Part shown: positions 1 to 12,599 of the stretch, piece by piece | How the letters are laid out: every line of letters begins with the position of its first letter | Position numbering within the stretch: the first letter of the stretch is position 1 | DNA from: Mobula hypostoma | Lineage: Eukaryota | Length of the DNA: 64,000 nucleotides | Assembly: GCF_963921235.1 (NCBI RefSeq) | Contig: NC_086097.1 | Coordinates: forward strand, 53,198,001 to 53,262,000 | Direction of reading: 5' to 3' | Translations under genes and position numbers: made by a program | The notes under the pieces: model-generated | What the model was told of the DNA's origin: nothing | The model's database searches: none | The model's input: the letters and a program-made list of their open reading frames with translations, nothing else

Positions 1-813
1 AGTGTTAAACGGATGTTCCCTTTCCTACTTTTTTCTAAGCAGAAAGACTTAGCCAACAGGAAACATTGTTATATGGACAGTAGAAACAGCCTTCAAAAAT
101 GAATCATTCTTCCCAGTTCAAAAATGCCAGCACAGTGAAACACTTCTTCAGAGCCAAACCAGAAAATCCCTCCATGCAACTTGGAACACTTCACTAGTTG
201 GGTTTTACAGGTAAACCAATCTAAGCGGAATTTCGAAATGAGCAACAGCATATTGAAGCGAAATAACTTTACCATTAAGTGGGGAAAAATCAATTTAAAA
301 ATCTCAATGAATAAGAATTCTATGCTAATGTGTATAATGACAAGAGACTGCTCTCACCAGCCCCTTCAGTCTTTGCATCTCTCAATTACTGACAGCATGA
401 AACTAACTGTGCAGTCTAGCAATGCTGTATTCAGCCTTTAAAAAGGTAATTATGTAATGCTCGACATTGTTTGTACCACTTTGAAAAATTACATTCTGAA
501 CTACCCAGTTTATAATGTCTCCAAACTTAGATGCAATCTGCATACTTGAATATATTATGAAAGATGGTGGCCCCACAAGAAATCAATGTGGGGCAGTACC
601 GGCCACACCCTGCTGGAGTTCCCAGTATCCACATTCATTATAATCTACATCACGACCAATCACTAACAAATTATACATCTACTTCAATCAAGCTTATCTG
701 ATAATCTAATGAACAGTTTCAATAATCAATTCCATTGGCAGGAATCATGAAATGCAGAAGGATTAAGCAAAACAGAATCCAATATTGTTCAATTTATAAA
801 GATTTTTTTTAAA

Positions 814-944
814 AAACGAGAGAAATTCTGCAGGTGCTGGAAATCTGAGCAACACACACAAAATGCTGGAGGAACTCAGCAGGCTAGGCAGCATCAAGGA
901 AAAGAGTACAGCTGATGTTTCGGGTCAAAACCCTTCAGCAGGAC
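814..944 (-). mobile_element. 131-bp Penelope-like terminal fragment with a degenerate hammerhead
   Basis: Matches the shared PLE end (ACACACAAAATGCTGGAGGAACTCAGCAGG...). Flanked by a 15-bp TSD with one mismatch: aagattttttttaaa (799-813) and aagatttcttttaaa (945-959). Confidence 0.8.
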
Positions 945-999
945 AAGATTTCTTTTAAATTGTTCATTATGAAAGTTGGCCTAAGGTATCTAGTTTTAC

Positions 1000-3116
1000 A
1001 GTGGAGTAAAGGCAATTAAGAGAGGCATGAGAGAGGAGCTGGCCAAAGTTGAGTGAAAGGGAACACTAGCAGATATGATGGCAGAACAGCAAAGGCTGGG
1101 GTTTCTGGGGGTAATGCAGAAAGTGCGGAATAGATACACCCCAGAGAAGAATTGTAAAAGAAGCACAATACAACCATGGCTGAAAAGGGAAGTCAAAGAC
1201 AGCATAGACACAAAAGAGAGGGCATAAAATACTGCAAAGATTAGTGGGAAGTTAGCAGATTGGGAAACTTTTAAAAACCAACAGAAGGTAACTAAAAAAG
1301 CCATAAGGAGAGATGAAATCTGAAGGTAAGCTAGCCAATAATATAAGAGGATGCAAAACCTTTTTTTCAGATATATAAAGAGTAAAAGAGAGGTAAATGT
1401 GGATATCGGAGCACAGGAAAATGACACCAGAGAGGTAAGGGGGACAAAGAAATGGTGGATGAATTTAATAAGTATATTGTGTCAGCCTTCACTATGGAGG
1501 ACACTAGTAGTATGTCAGAAACCAAGAGTGTCAGGGCAGGAGCAAATATGGTTGCTATTACTAAGCAGAAGGTGCTTGGAAAAAGGTCTGATGGTGGATA
1601 AGTCACCTAGACCAGATGGACTACACTCCAAGTCTCTGAAAGAGGTAGCTGCAGAGATTGTGGAAGCATTAGAAATGATCTTTCTAGAATCACCAGATTC
1701 TGGAATGGTTCCGGAGGACTGGAAAATTGCAACTATCACTCCACTCTAAGAAGGGAGCAAGGCAGAAGAAAGGAAATTATAGGTCACTGACCTCAGTGGT
1801 TGGGAAAATGTTGGGAGTTGATTGTTAACGATGATGCTTCTGGGTATTTGGGAGCACATGATAAAATAGGGCAAACACAACATGATTTCTTTAAGGGGAA
1901 ATTTTGCCTGACAAATCTGTTGAAAGCTTTTGAGGAAATAACAGGTATGTTAAACAAAGGAGAGTCAGTGGATTTTGCTTACACAGATTTTCCGAAGGCA
2001 GTTGACAAATTGCCTCACATAAGGCTGCTAACACAATATGAGCCCATGGTATTACAGAAATGATACTGGCGTGGATAGAGCATAGGCTGACTGGCAGGAG
2101 GCAAAACGTAGGAATAAAGTGGGCCTTTTTCTGGTTGGTTGCCTGTGACTATTGGTGTTCCACAGGGTTCTGTGTTGGGACCGCTTCTTTTCATGTTATA
2201 TACCAATTACTTGGATGATGGAATTGATGGCTTTGTGGACAGGTTTGCAGATGATACAAAGATAGATGGAGGGGGCAGGAAGAGTTGAGGAAGTATGGAG
2301 TCTGCAGAAGAACTTAGATAGATTAGCAGAATGGGCAAAGAAGTGGCAGATGGAATAAAATGAAGGGAAAAGTATGGTTATTATTTTTTTTAAATGGGGA
2401 GAAAATTCAAAAATCAGAAGTGCAATGGAACTTGTGAGTCCTTGTGCAGGATTCTCTAAAGGTTAATTTACAGGTTGAGTTGGTGGTAAGGAAGACAAAT
2501 GCAATCTTAGCATTCATTTCGAGAGAATATAATGCTGAGGCATCAGAAGGGTCACATGGAGTACTGAGAGCAGCTTTGGGCCCCTTATCTAAGAATTGAT
2601 GTGTTGGCATTGGAGAGGGTCCAGAAGTTCATGAGAAGGATTCCGGGAATGAAGGGGTTAACATTTGAGGAGTATCTGATGGCTCTGGGACTGTACTCTT
2701 TAGAATTTACAGAAACTGGGGGTGGGGGATTCTCATTGAAACCGATCAGATACTGATCAGGCTAGTTAGAGTGGATGGGGAGGGTATGTTTCTGATAGTG
2801 GGGGAGTCTAGGTCCAGAGGGCACAGCTTCAGAATGGAAGGATGTCCATTTAGAACAGAGATGAAGAGGAATTTCTTTAGCCAGAGGGTGGTGAATCTGC
2901 AGAATTCATTGGCACACACAGCTGTAGTGGCCAAGTCATTGAGTATATTTAAAGCAGAGGTTGATAGGTTTTGATTAGTGAGGGAATCAAAGGTTACAGG
3001 GAGAAAGGAAGGAGAATGGGGTTGAGAGGGATAATTAATCAGCTATGATAAAATGGCAGAGCAGACTCAATAAGCCTAATGGCTTAATTCTGCTCCTACG
3101 TCTTATGGTCTTATGG
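1000..3116 (+). mobile_element. CR1 LINE, 5'-truncated, degenerate ORF2 (RT) and 3' UTR
   Basis: ORF fragments KSPRPDGLH..LKEVAAEIVEAL..VPEDWKIA, FCLTNLLKAFEE and RSRGHSF..RNFFSQRVVNL; ends in a CTTATGGT-type tail. Confidence 0.9.
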
Positions 3117-3119
3117 CAG

Positions 3120-3755
3120 GGCACTAACGAGTGTTGAGGAAGAGAGATTTGGGAGTAGAAATGCTCAGCTGGCTGAAAAACAGCCGTGCAAGTACACAGG
3201 GAGGTGAAGACAGCATTTAGCATGCTGGCCTAGTCAGTCAGAGCACTGAGTTTAGGAGGGCCGTAATGTTGCAGTCATGCAAGTCGTTGTAAAAGCACAC
3301 TTGAAAGCCCTGTTACAAGAAAAAAGCATTATCAAGCTGGAGAGAATGCAGTTGATGCCGCCTTGACTAGAAGGCCTGAATTATAGGTAAAGGTCGGCCA
3401 CACTATATCTTTATTCCCTGAAGTGCAGGAGGCATGAGGGATGACGGTCACAGTCTTCTCCTCAGGACTGGGAAGTTCAAAACTAGAATGGACAGACAAG
3501 AAAAGAAGGGAGCAATTTGAAAGTGACCAGAGATAGAACTTAGTTACACAGAGGGAAAAGAGTACCTGGAATGAGCTGCCAGAGGAAGTGGTCAAGGTAC
3601 ATATAATTGCATTGTTTAAGAGGCATTTGGATAAGTCTATAGAGGGGAAGGGCTTGGAGGTGAAGGGCTGAGTGCAAGCAACTGGGACTAGAGGAGGATG
3701 CTCTGGTCAGCTTGATCCAGTTAGGCCAAATGACCTGCCTCCATGCAGTATTGCT
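3120..3755 (+). mobile_element. Old degenerate CR1 3' fragment
   Basis: Residual CR1 3' motifs (TGGAATGAGCTGCCAGAGGAAGTGG, TTTAAGAGGCATTTGGATAAG). Confidence 0.65.
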
Positions 3756-3920
3756 CTACAGCAATGAGGAAAAAATATCAGGGCTCATTTCTCCCAATAA
3801 ATGTGACCATAGTGGTATTTTGGTCTGTACCAAAATGTTCAAATTGGTAGAGAAAACATAAGAGAGTTCCACTTTGATGCTCGGGATTAACTTAGAATGC
3901 AGGAACCGAAAAATATTTGC

Positions 3921-5860
3921 AACACACACAAAATGCTGGAGGAACTCAGCAGGCCAGGCAGCATCTATGGGGAAAAAAGTACAGTTGATGTTTTGGGTCC
4001 AGACCCTTTGGCAGGACTGGAGAAAAAAAAAGGAGAGGTGTAGATTTAAAAGGGGGAGGGGGGAAGAGAGAAATACAAGGTGATAGGTGAAACCTGGAGG
4101 AGGAGGGACGAAGTAACGAGCTGGGAAGCTGATCAGTGAAAAAGATACAGGGTAGGGTGGAGAAGGGGGATTCTGATAGAAGAGGACAGAAGGCCATGGA
4201 AGCAAGAAAAGGGGGAGAAGCACCAGAGGGAGGTGATGGGCAGGCAAGGAGAAAAGGTGAGAGTATGGTGAAGCAGTTTGTGGGGGAGAGGGGCATTAAC
4301 GAAAGTTCGACATATTGATGTTCATGCCATCAGGTTGGAGGCTACCCAGATGGAATATAAGGTGTTGTTCCTCCAACCCAAATGTAGTCTCATCATGACA
4401 GTAGAGGAGGCCATGGATTGACATATCAGAATGGGAATGGGAAATGGAATTAAAATGAGTGGCCACTTGGAGATCCTGCTTTTTCTGGCGGACAGAGCAC
4501 AGGTGTTTGTCGAAGTACGACCCGGATCTGGGCCATACCCTCCAAATATCTGGACCTGCCTCTCGGTTTTTTTACACTACCTCACTTTCCCTTTTCTATT
4601 TTCTATTTATGATTTATAATTTAAATATTTAATATTTACCATCGATTTTTACTTCAGGGAGCACAAAGAGCAGAATCAAATATCGCTGTGATGATTGTAC
4701 GCTCTAGTATCAATTGTTTGACGACAATAAAGTATAAAGTATAAGTGCTCTCCAAAACTACGTTTGGCCTCACCGATATACAGGAGGCCACACTGGGAGC
4801 ACTAGACACAGTATATGACCCCACAGACTCACAGGTGAGGTGTTGCCTCACCTGGAAGAACTGTTTGGGGCCCTGAATGGTAGTGAGGGAGGTGGTGTAG
4901 GGGCGGGTGTAGCACTTGCTCTGCTTGCAAGAATGCCAGGAGGGAGATCAGTGGGGAGGTGCAAATGGACAAGGAAGTTGGGTATGGAGTGATCCCTGTA
5001 GAAAGCAGAAAGTGTGGGGGGGGACAGGGGAGGCGGAGGGAAAGATGTGCTTGGTGGTGGGATCCCATTAGAGATGGCAGAAGGACATCTCCTTCATTCT
5101 GGAATGAAAAGCCTCATCCTGAGAGCAGATGCAGTGGAGACGGAGAAATTGAGAGAAGGGGATGGAGTTTTTACAAGTAACAGGTAGGAAAAAGGTATAG
5201 TCCAGGTAGCTGTGAGAGTTTGTGGGTTTATAGTAGACATCAGTAGATAAGCTGCCTCCAGAGACAGAGACAGTGAGATTGACAAAGGGGAGGGAGGTGT
5301 TGGAAATGGACCAGATATATATGAGGGCAGGGTGGAAGTTGGAAGCAAAGATAATGAAGTCGACAAGCTCCGCGTGGTTGCGGGAAGCAGTACCAATGCA
5401 GTCGTCGACCTAGCGTAGGGAAAGCATGGGACGGTTGCCAGTGTAGGCTTGGAACACAGACTGATCCGCATAGCTGACAAAAAGGCAGGCATAGCTGGGA
5501 GCCCTGCGAGTGCACATGGCTACACCTTTTGTTTGAAGGAAATGAGAGGAGCCAAAGGAGAAGTTATTAAGAGTGAGGACAAGTTCTGCTAGATGGAGGA
5601 GTGATGGTGGAGGGGAACTGGTTGGGTTTGGTGTCCAGAAAGAAGCTGAGAACTTTGAGGCCTTCCTTGTGGGAGTTGGAGGTGTAGAGGGACTGGACAT
5701 CCATAGTGAAAATAAGATGATGGGGGCCAGGGAACGTGAAATAATTGAAAAGATCCAGAGCGTGTGAAGTGTCACGGATGCAGGTAGGAAGGGACTGAAC
5801 TGGGGGGGATAAAACACAGCCGAGGTATGCAGATATGAGTTCAGTGGGGCAGGAACAAGT
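3921..5860 (-). mobile_element. Penelope-like element (RT and GIY-YIG remnants), 5'-truncated
   Basis: Fragments LAELVLTLNNFSFGSSHFLQTKGVAM, PSYACLF and QHLTCES; PLE terminus with a degenerate hammerhead near 3980-4018; possible TSD tatttgc (3914-3920 / 5867-5873). Confidence 0.9.
4518..4745 (+). mobile_element. Rex1/Babar-like LINE 3' end nested in the Penelope copy
   Basis: Reverse-complement match to part of 14789-15125; ends AATAAAGTATAAAGTATAAG; interrupts the PLE GIY-YIG region. Confidence 0.75.
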
Positions 5861-7321
5861 ATTTAGTATTTGCTGCTAAATGATACATATTTTTCATATT
5901 AACAGTCATGTAGCAATTTCAGATTATGCTTAATTTCTCAAAAAGACGAAGTGAACAGCAGTAGCAATGCAATAATTTAACTAACAAACTTGTCTTTTTC
6001 CTTCAATTACGGAAATGCCAATCTCATTAAAAGATTTATCTAAAAATGGATAGGTTGCAAGCACAATATTGAAAATCAATGTCAGATTTAAAAGAATTCA
6101 AATCGATTAACTAAATCCACAAAATCCAACTTTCTGAAGCAAGGTTATATTTATATTTATATACGTTGAACCCAAAAATCATTACATGTGGAATTATCTA
6201 TCTTTATTAGACATAAGAATGCTTGTCGATTAAGAAGTCACCAATTGGCAACACCCATCAAAATGTCAAGGGATTATAGGTTATAGTCCCAGACTGTGAT
6301 TTGAGCAGTTTATGCTGATGCACACACAATACTTCTGAGAATGCTGCATGGTCAAAAGTTCTTTCTTTTGGATCATTAAACGGAAGACCTGATTGCTTGC
6401 TCAGGCAGACAAATAAAATCCTAAGGCAATATTTTGAAGAACAGAAATGCTCTCCAGGATCCTAGTTATTAATTACCCCTTCACCAACATAACAGAAAAC
6501 AGTTTTCTTGATTGCTGCTGTTTGCGTGACCACACTGTGTTAAGCTGCCTCCCTCTTTCATACAAAATATAATTTAAGGAAGGACTTCATATCAATCTGG
6601 TCAAGATTTTATGAAAGCAAGAATATATCTTACCATGAAAACTTTTCTTTATTTATCAGTAGAGAGCTCAAGTTAAAAAAAAACTTGGAAACAAAATGTT
6701 CCAAGAACTTGGCAACAATGATTTTGCCATTTATTTTAGGAGCTGAAATGTCATATGATTCAAGGACTTGCCTTGAATTTCAACTCCAAAAACAGAGGCT
6801 TCCAAGATTCTGTTGAATCTGGAGAATTTGCAAAATTTCCTCTGCAACTAACTTCAGCATACATAGAAACAACAAAGCAGGAGAATATATAGTTCTTCAC
6901 TAAAAAGGAAAAAGATATTTTGATCACATTCTTGACTGCAAATGAAGCACAACTATCTACAAGCTAAAATACATAACAGTGAATTATTTTAATATAAAAT
7001 AGCAGCTTGTGTCAAGGTTACAAAACAGCAACTGTAATAACAAGACTTTTGCAATCCATATTATCATCTCTGATGGACGAGTAGAGGGATTATCATTTCC
7101 CCGTCCCCCCCGCTCCAATTTTTTAGGTTCATCAGAAAATTTGGCATATTCTATGGAATTACTTAATCATGAACACACTTCAAATGAATTTTTTTTAACC
7201 TTCAATGAGCAGGGCCAAATTTGCTCATATTGTTTCATCTACAAAACATGTCAGAATTGGAACAAACATAGAACTCCCTGCCACTCCACAAGCTGTCAAA
7301 AAAGATTTCTAGGAAAAATAC

Positions 7322-7543
7322 CTGTTTGTTTTTATACTTCTTTAAATAGCGAGGGGACACGAGACACTCTGGATTGATGTCTGTTGAATTCTGGTCAGGA
7401 ATAACTTGTGGGTCAGGGTTTAAATGCTGCATCTTCAAAAATGACAAGATATTCTGCACCTCAAGGCTGTATGAGCTGTCTGCCATCGTCTTGCCTTTTG
7501 ATGCCAGCCTGCAAGCTGCCATCCACTGTGCATACTGCTTCTC
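7322..7543 (-). CDS. FERMT2: FERMT2 coding exon (~exon 12, 222 nt): [25 protein letters not shown]...[12 protein letters not shown]
   Basis: Near identity to kindlin-2; acceptor ttgttag|GAG, donor CAG|gtattt; phase 0/0. Confidence 0.97.
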
Positions 7544-7980
7544 CTAACAAAATGGGGGGAAAAAGCATTAGATTCAAATGGAAACTATTCTTACTCTTAA
7601 AAAAAACACTTATTGGAACTGTTCACTTCACAAATTATTCTTGGGCTTCAATATTTGGGAGGGAGGAAACCTTTGAGGTCAAAATTACTGTTTAGCTACT
7701 GACAATGCTTCATCCTGCATTGCATCTAACTTTCAAAAGGGGAGCAACAGAGACAAAGGAATAATAAATGAGGAAAAGTAAATAATTTACCAAGAACTAC
7801 TTTACTGCGGTTACAATCATCCTTTACATTATACTATTAGTCACAAAATTCAAACGAATCTTTAAAATTATAAGATATCATGTAGCATACAAATTATGTA
7901 ATTGTATTTGCTCAATATTTTTTGAAGGAAAACAAACACAAAGGAACGTAGTCAGTCAAACTTATTATTAAAGTACATGT

Positions 7981-8265
7981 GTGTGGTGCATGGCCAAGTG
8001 GTTAGGGTGTTGGGCTCACGATCTGAAGGTCGTGGGTTCGAGTCTCGGCCAAGGCAGTGTGTTGTGTCTTTGAGCAAGGCACTTAACCACATACTGCTCC
8101 AGTCCACCCAGCTGAAAATGGGTACCGGCAAATGCTGGGGGTTAACCTCGCGATAGACTGGCGTCCTATCCCGGGGGGGGGGGGTGGGGAGTCTCGCTTC
8201 ACGCCACAGAAACTGGCATAAGCACCAGCCTGATGGGCCACAAGGCTCGGGACAGACTTTAACTA
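7981..8265 (+). mobile_element. tRNA-derived SINE with a CORE-like central domain
   Basis: A box TGGCCAAGTGG, B box GGTTCGAGTC, CORE-like TTGAGCAAGGCACTTAACC...AAAATGGG; TSD acatgt (7975-7980 / 8266-8271). Confidence 0.85.
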
Positions 8266-8584
8266 ACATGTATATCATATGCCTCTCAAAGTCGCGAGAT
8301 GTGGAAATGGGTAACAGGGCTCTGGTGAAGCCGTATAGACCAATCCCCTGTACAATGGATGCAATGATTGCAGCAACCATGCCATTGACTTCAGAAGACG
8401 ATGGAGACGGGAGGTCATCGGTGGCAGCTGAAGTGCAGTGATGTCACCATATACTCTTTGAGGAAACCAATTTAAAAACTAGATTACTTTTAACTCAGCA
8501 ATCTTACAGCATATTGTACAAGCAAAATTTAATGAAAAGGATGCATCATATTAGCTTTTGAATTGGATTTTCATTTCTCATAAA

Positions 8585-9258
8585 TACTCAGACCCCACAT
8601 GACTCATTACAATGAGGTAATTCAATTCTTTATTGAAATTTTTAAAAATGACAAAAATTCATTTTAAACAACACTTAAAACTTCTCAAGAGTGGTTGGCA
8701 CTGCAGTAAACACTCAATCAGCCAATGAGAGTGTTTTACATGTGCTCTGAGCCATTCACAGCCAATCACATATTAGTTCACACTCCGCCTCCCCGCGTGA
8801 GTAAACAACTTGCTTCCTCGCCAATTTATTCCACTTTTTGCTATTATAATGTCTGAAAAATCGCCTGCAACTTCCAATGAGGGTTGTACAACCAAGATGT
8901 CCAGGAAAAGCCCTAGCATGGATGTGAAACTGCATGATATTTGAAGAAGCCAAAGGTAGAGGAGGACCCACAGCCTGAGCCCTCCCCTAAGAAGTAGCCA
9001 CCATCCACTTCCCTCTGCTGCTGCTGCGATGTGTTGCTGCTCCACTGGTGTACGGGTTAGGCCTGCTAACCGTTTGTTACTCCATGAATTACTCTGTATA
9101 CATTAAAAATAATATATCATATACCTCGGGCTTGATTTAAGTATAAATCGGGCACACATGTCCCTTTACGTAATGCTACAGTGACCCCACATAGCACTGA
9201 TTTACATAGCACTCCACCTCCAAGGAACACATCCTCAGTGTTATTCGAGGTCTGAGTG
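8585..9258 (+). mobile_element. Degenerate pogo/Tigger-like DNA transposon, internally deleted
   Basis: Imperfect TIRs TACTCAGACCCC / GAGGTCTGAGTG followed by TA. Remnant ORF from 8849 (MSEKSPATSNEG...SMDVKLHDI*) resembles Tigger transposase N-termini. Confidence 0.55.
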
Positions 9259-9349
9259 TATGGCCATGTTAGATCAATGAAGATTATTATTACAGCATTA
9301 AAATTATCTGGGGATCTAAAAAGTAATTAAATTCAAGGTAAATACTTAC

Positions 9350-9456
9350 ATTATCACAACGGAGCCAGATTTCATTCATCCCCTCTGCCACTGGTATCAG
9401 CAACTTGATATTGAATTTTTGGCTGGATATGTTTACATCAGGGGTCACCTCACAAC
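9350..9456 (-). CDS. FERMT2: FERMT2 coding exon (~exon 11, 107 nt): (G)[37 protein letters not shown] domain
   Basis: Kindlin-2 PH sequence; acceptor taatag|GT, donor AAT|gtaagt; phase 1/0. Confidence 0.97.
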
Positions 9457-9770
9457 CTATTACATAAAATCATTGCTCAGATTATTCACCACAGCTGTGC
9501 TTTTGAAACATTCCTTATTGCTTTTCTAGTTAACAACAAATCAAATCCGTTAAAAAAAAATCATACTACATATAGAATATTGGAATGATAATTGGCTGAC
9601 TAATATCTGATTCAGAGTGGTAAATTGGCTTCTTCCAGTGTGTACAGCAGCTATTGCAATTCCATCTCAGATGGTTAGAGGACTGTTAGTCCTGTTCCTG
9701 CAGAAACAAAATGAGCGTGTCACATGTGCTACTGCAGGAACTTATGTAGAAGCACACCCCAAAATACTTC

Positions 9771-11600
9771 CATAAGGCACAGGAGCAGAATTAGGCCACC
9801 TGGTCCATTGAGTCTACTCTGCCATTCCATCATGGCTGACTTATTACCCCATTCTCCTGAATTCTCCCTGTAACATTTGATACCCTGGCTAATCAAAAAC
9901 CTATCAACCTCTGCTTTAAGTATACCCAGTGACTTGGCCTCCACAGCCATCTGTGGCAATTAATTCCACAGATTCTCCACTCTGGTTCAAGAAATTCCTC
10001 CTCATCTCCACTCTAAATGGACATCTCTCTATTCTGAGGCTGTGCCCTCTGGTCCTAGACTCCTTCACTATGGAAACATCCTCCTCATATCCACTCTGCC
10101 TAGGCCTTTCACTATTCGACAGGTCTCAATGAGATCCTCCCCAGCTCATTCGGCTAACTCTAGCCAGTACAGGCCCAGAACCATTAAACTCCGCTAATAC
10201 ATTAACTCTTTCATTCCTGGAACCATTCTTGTGAACCTCTCCAATGCAAGTACATCCTTTCTTAGATAAAGAGCCCCAAACTGCTCACAATACTCCAAGT
10301 GCGGTCTGACCATTGCCTTATAAAGCATCATTACATCCTTGATTTAGATTTTAGTCCACTCAAAGTAGATTAGATTAGATTAGATTCAACTTTATTGTCA
10401 TTGTGCTGAGTACAGATACAAAGCCAATGAAATGCATTTAGCATCTGACCAGAAATGCAAAGAATAGTGTTACTTACAAAATAACTACAAATTTAAAAAA
10501 AAGTGCTAACATTACATTTGCCTTCATTACCACCAATTCAACCTGCAAGTTAACCTTTGGGAACCTTGCATGAGGACTCCCAAGCCCCATTGCACTTCAG
10601 ATTTTTGAACTTTCTCCCCATTTAGAAAATATTCTATGCCTTTATTCCTTCCACCAAAATGCATGGCCATACACTTTCCTACACTCTATTCCATCTGCCA
10701 CTTCTTTGCTCATTCTCCCAATCTTTCTAAGTCCTTCTACAGGCCACCTGCTTATCAACACTACCTGCCCCTCCACTGATCTTCATATCATCCATAAACT
10801 TGGCCACAAAACGATCAATTCCATCATCCAAATCACTAACGTATGTATAATGTGAAAAAAGTGATCACAACACTGACTTCTGTAGAACACCATTAGTCAC
10901 TGGAAGCCAACTAGAAAAGGCCACCTTTATGTCCACTCTTTGCCTCCTGCCAGTCAGCCAATCTTCCATTCAAGCTAGTATCTTTCCTCTAATATCACGG
11001 ATTGTTGTCTTGTCAAGCAGCCTCGTGTGGCACCTTGTCAAAGGCCTACTGAAAATCCAAGTATACATACACTGATTCTTCTTTGTTTACCCTGCTTATT
11101 ATTTCCTCAAAGAATTCCAACAGATTTGTCAGGCAAGATCTCCCCTAATGGAAACCATGCTGACTTTGGCCTGTTTTATCATGTGCTTCCAAGTACCCCG
11201 AAATCTCATCCTTAATAATGGACCAACATCTTCCAACCACTGAAGTCAGACCAACTGATCTATAATTTCCTTTTTTTCTGCCCCCCTCTCCTTAAAGAGT
11301 GGAGTGATATTTGCAATTTTCCAGTCCTCTGGAATCATGCCAAAATCTAGTGATTCTTGAAAGATCATTACTAATGCCTCTACAATCTCTTCAGTTACCT
11401 CCTTCAGAACACTGGGGTGCAGTCCATCTACTCCTTTCAGTTTCCCAAGTACCTCCTCCTTAGTAATAGTAGGTATACTCACTTCTGCCCCCTGACACAC
11501 TCAAATTTTTGGTATACTGCTGGTGTCTTCCACAGTGAAGACTGACGCAAAATGCTTTTTAAGTTCATCTGCTAAATTCTTTGTTCCCCATTACTACCTC
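9771..11600 (-). mobile_element. CR1 LINE ORF2 and 3' UTR, degenerate
   Basis: GLHPSVLKEVTEEIVEALVMIFQESLD..PEDWKIAN and VEAKSLGILKAEVDRFL; same family as 1000-3116; interrupted by a short LINE tail at ~10367-10503. Confidence 0.9.
10367..10503 (-). mobile_element. Short LINE 3' tail with (TAGAT)n end, inserted in CR1
   Basis: tagattagattagattagattcaactttattg is the reverse complement of an AATAAA plus tandem-repeat tail. Confidence 0.6.
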
Positions 11601-11639
11601 ATCACAGTCTCACTACACAAGGTCTCTACTCGTATACCA

Positions 11640-12598
11640 ACTGCTCCAGCTTCAGCCCTGTCACTCCGGTCCCCTTCCCTTGCCAAATTAGCTTAAACCC
11701 TCTCCAACAGCTCTAGCAAATTTACCTGCAAGGATATTGGTTCAAGTGCAACACGTCCTTTTTGTACAGGTCATAAATTCCCTGGAAGAGATCCCAATGA
11801 TCCAGAAATCTGAAACCCTGCCCCCTGCACCAATTCCTCCGACACACATTCACCTGCCAAATTGTCCTATTCTTACCCCTAATGGCAGGCAGCAATCCAG
11901 AGATTACTACCCTGGAGGACCTGCTTTTCAGCTTTCTACCCAACTCCCCATATTCTCTCTTCATGACCTCATCCTTTTTCCTACCTACTGTATGTCATTG
12001 GTTCCAATACAGTGTGTTCCACAACTTCTGGCTGCTCACCTTCTCTCTTTAGAATGCTATGGACCTGATCTGAGACATCCCTGACCCTGGCACGTGGGAG
12101 GCAACATACCATTCAGGTGTCTTCCACAGAATTTCCTGCCTGCCTCTCTAACTATGGAATCCCCTATACAAAGACACTCCTCTTGTTCCCCTCCCCTTCT
12201 GAGCCACAGAGCCAGAGACCTAAATGCAAAGAATAGTGTTACTTACAAAATAACTGCAAATAAAAAAAATGCTAACATTACATTTGCCTTCATTACCCCT
12301 AGCCAACAGTATCCAAAGTGGTATACCCGTCGTTGAGAGGACTGGCCACAGAGGTGGTCTGCACTGGCTTCCTCTCCCCTTTCTCTCTACTGACAGTGAC
12401 CCAGTTAGCCATGTCCTGAACCTTGGGTGTAACTGCCTCCCTCCTGCATGGCCCGTTGATCAACCCCTCAGCCCCCAAATGATCCGGAGTTTATCCAGAT
12501 CCAATTCCTTAACATGGTCTGAAAGAGACTATAGCTGAATGCACTCCCTGCAGGTGCAGGTGTAGTAGTCAGGGACACTGGAGATCTCCCTGCCTTCC
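11640..12598 (-). mobile_element. CR1 ORF1 region (SGNH/esterase-like domain), degenerate
   Basis: REYGELGRKLKSRSSRVVISGLLP...WCRGQGFRFLDHWD...DVLHLN, typical of CR1 ORF1 esterase domains. Confidence 0.8.
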
Positions 12599-12599
12599 C

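Noticed and set aside
6770..6830. Minus-strand RILEA peptide behind an AG, resembling the next FERMT2 exon (ITARILEAHQ)
   Set aside because: Wrong phase for the acceptor, and the following residues do not match kindlin. The real exon is probably left of the window.
7981..8055. Possible tRNA gene
   Set aside because: It continues into a SINE body with a TSD and has no adjacent T-run terminator, so it is a SINE head.
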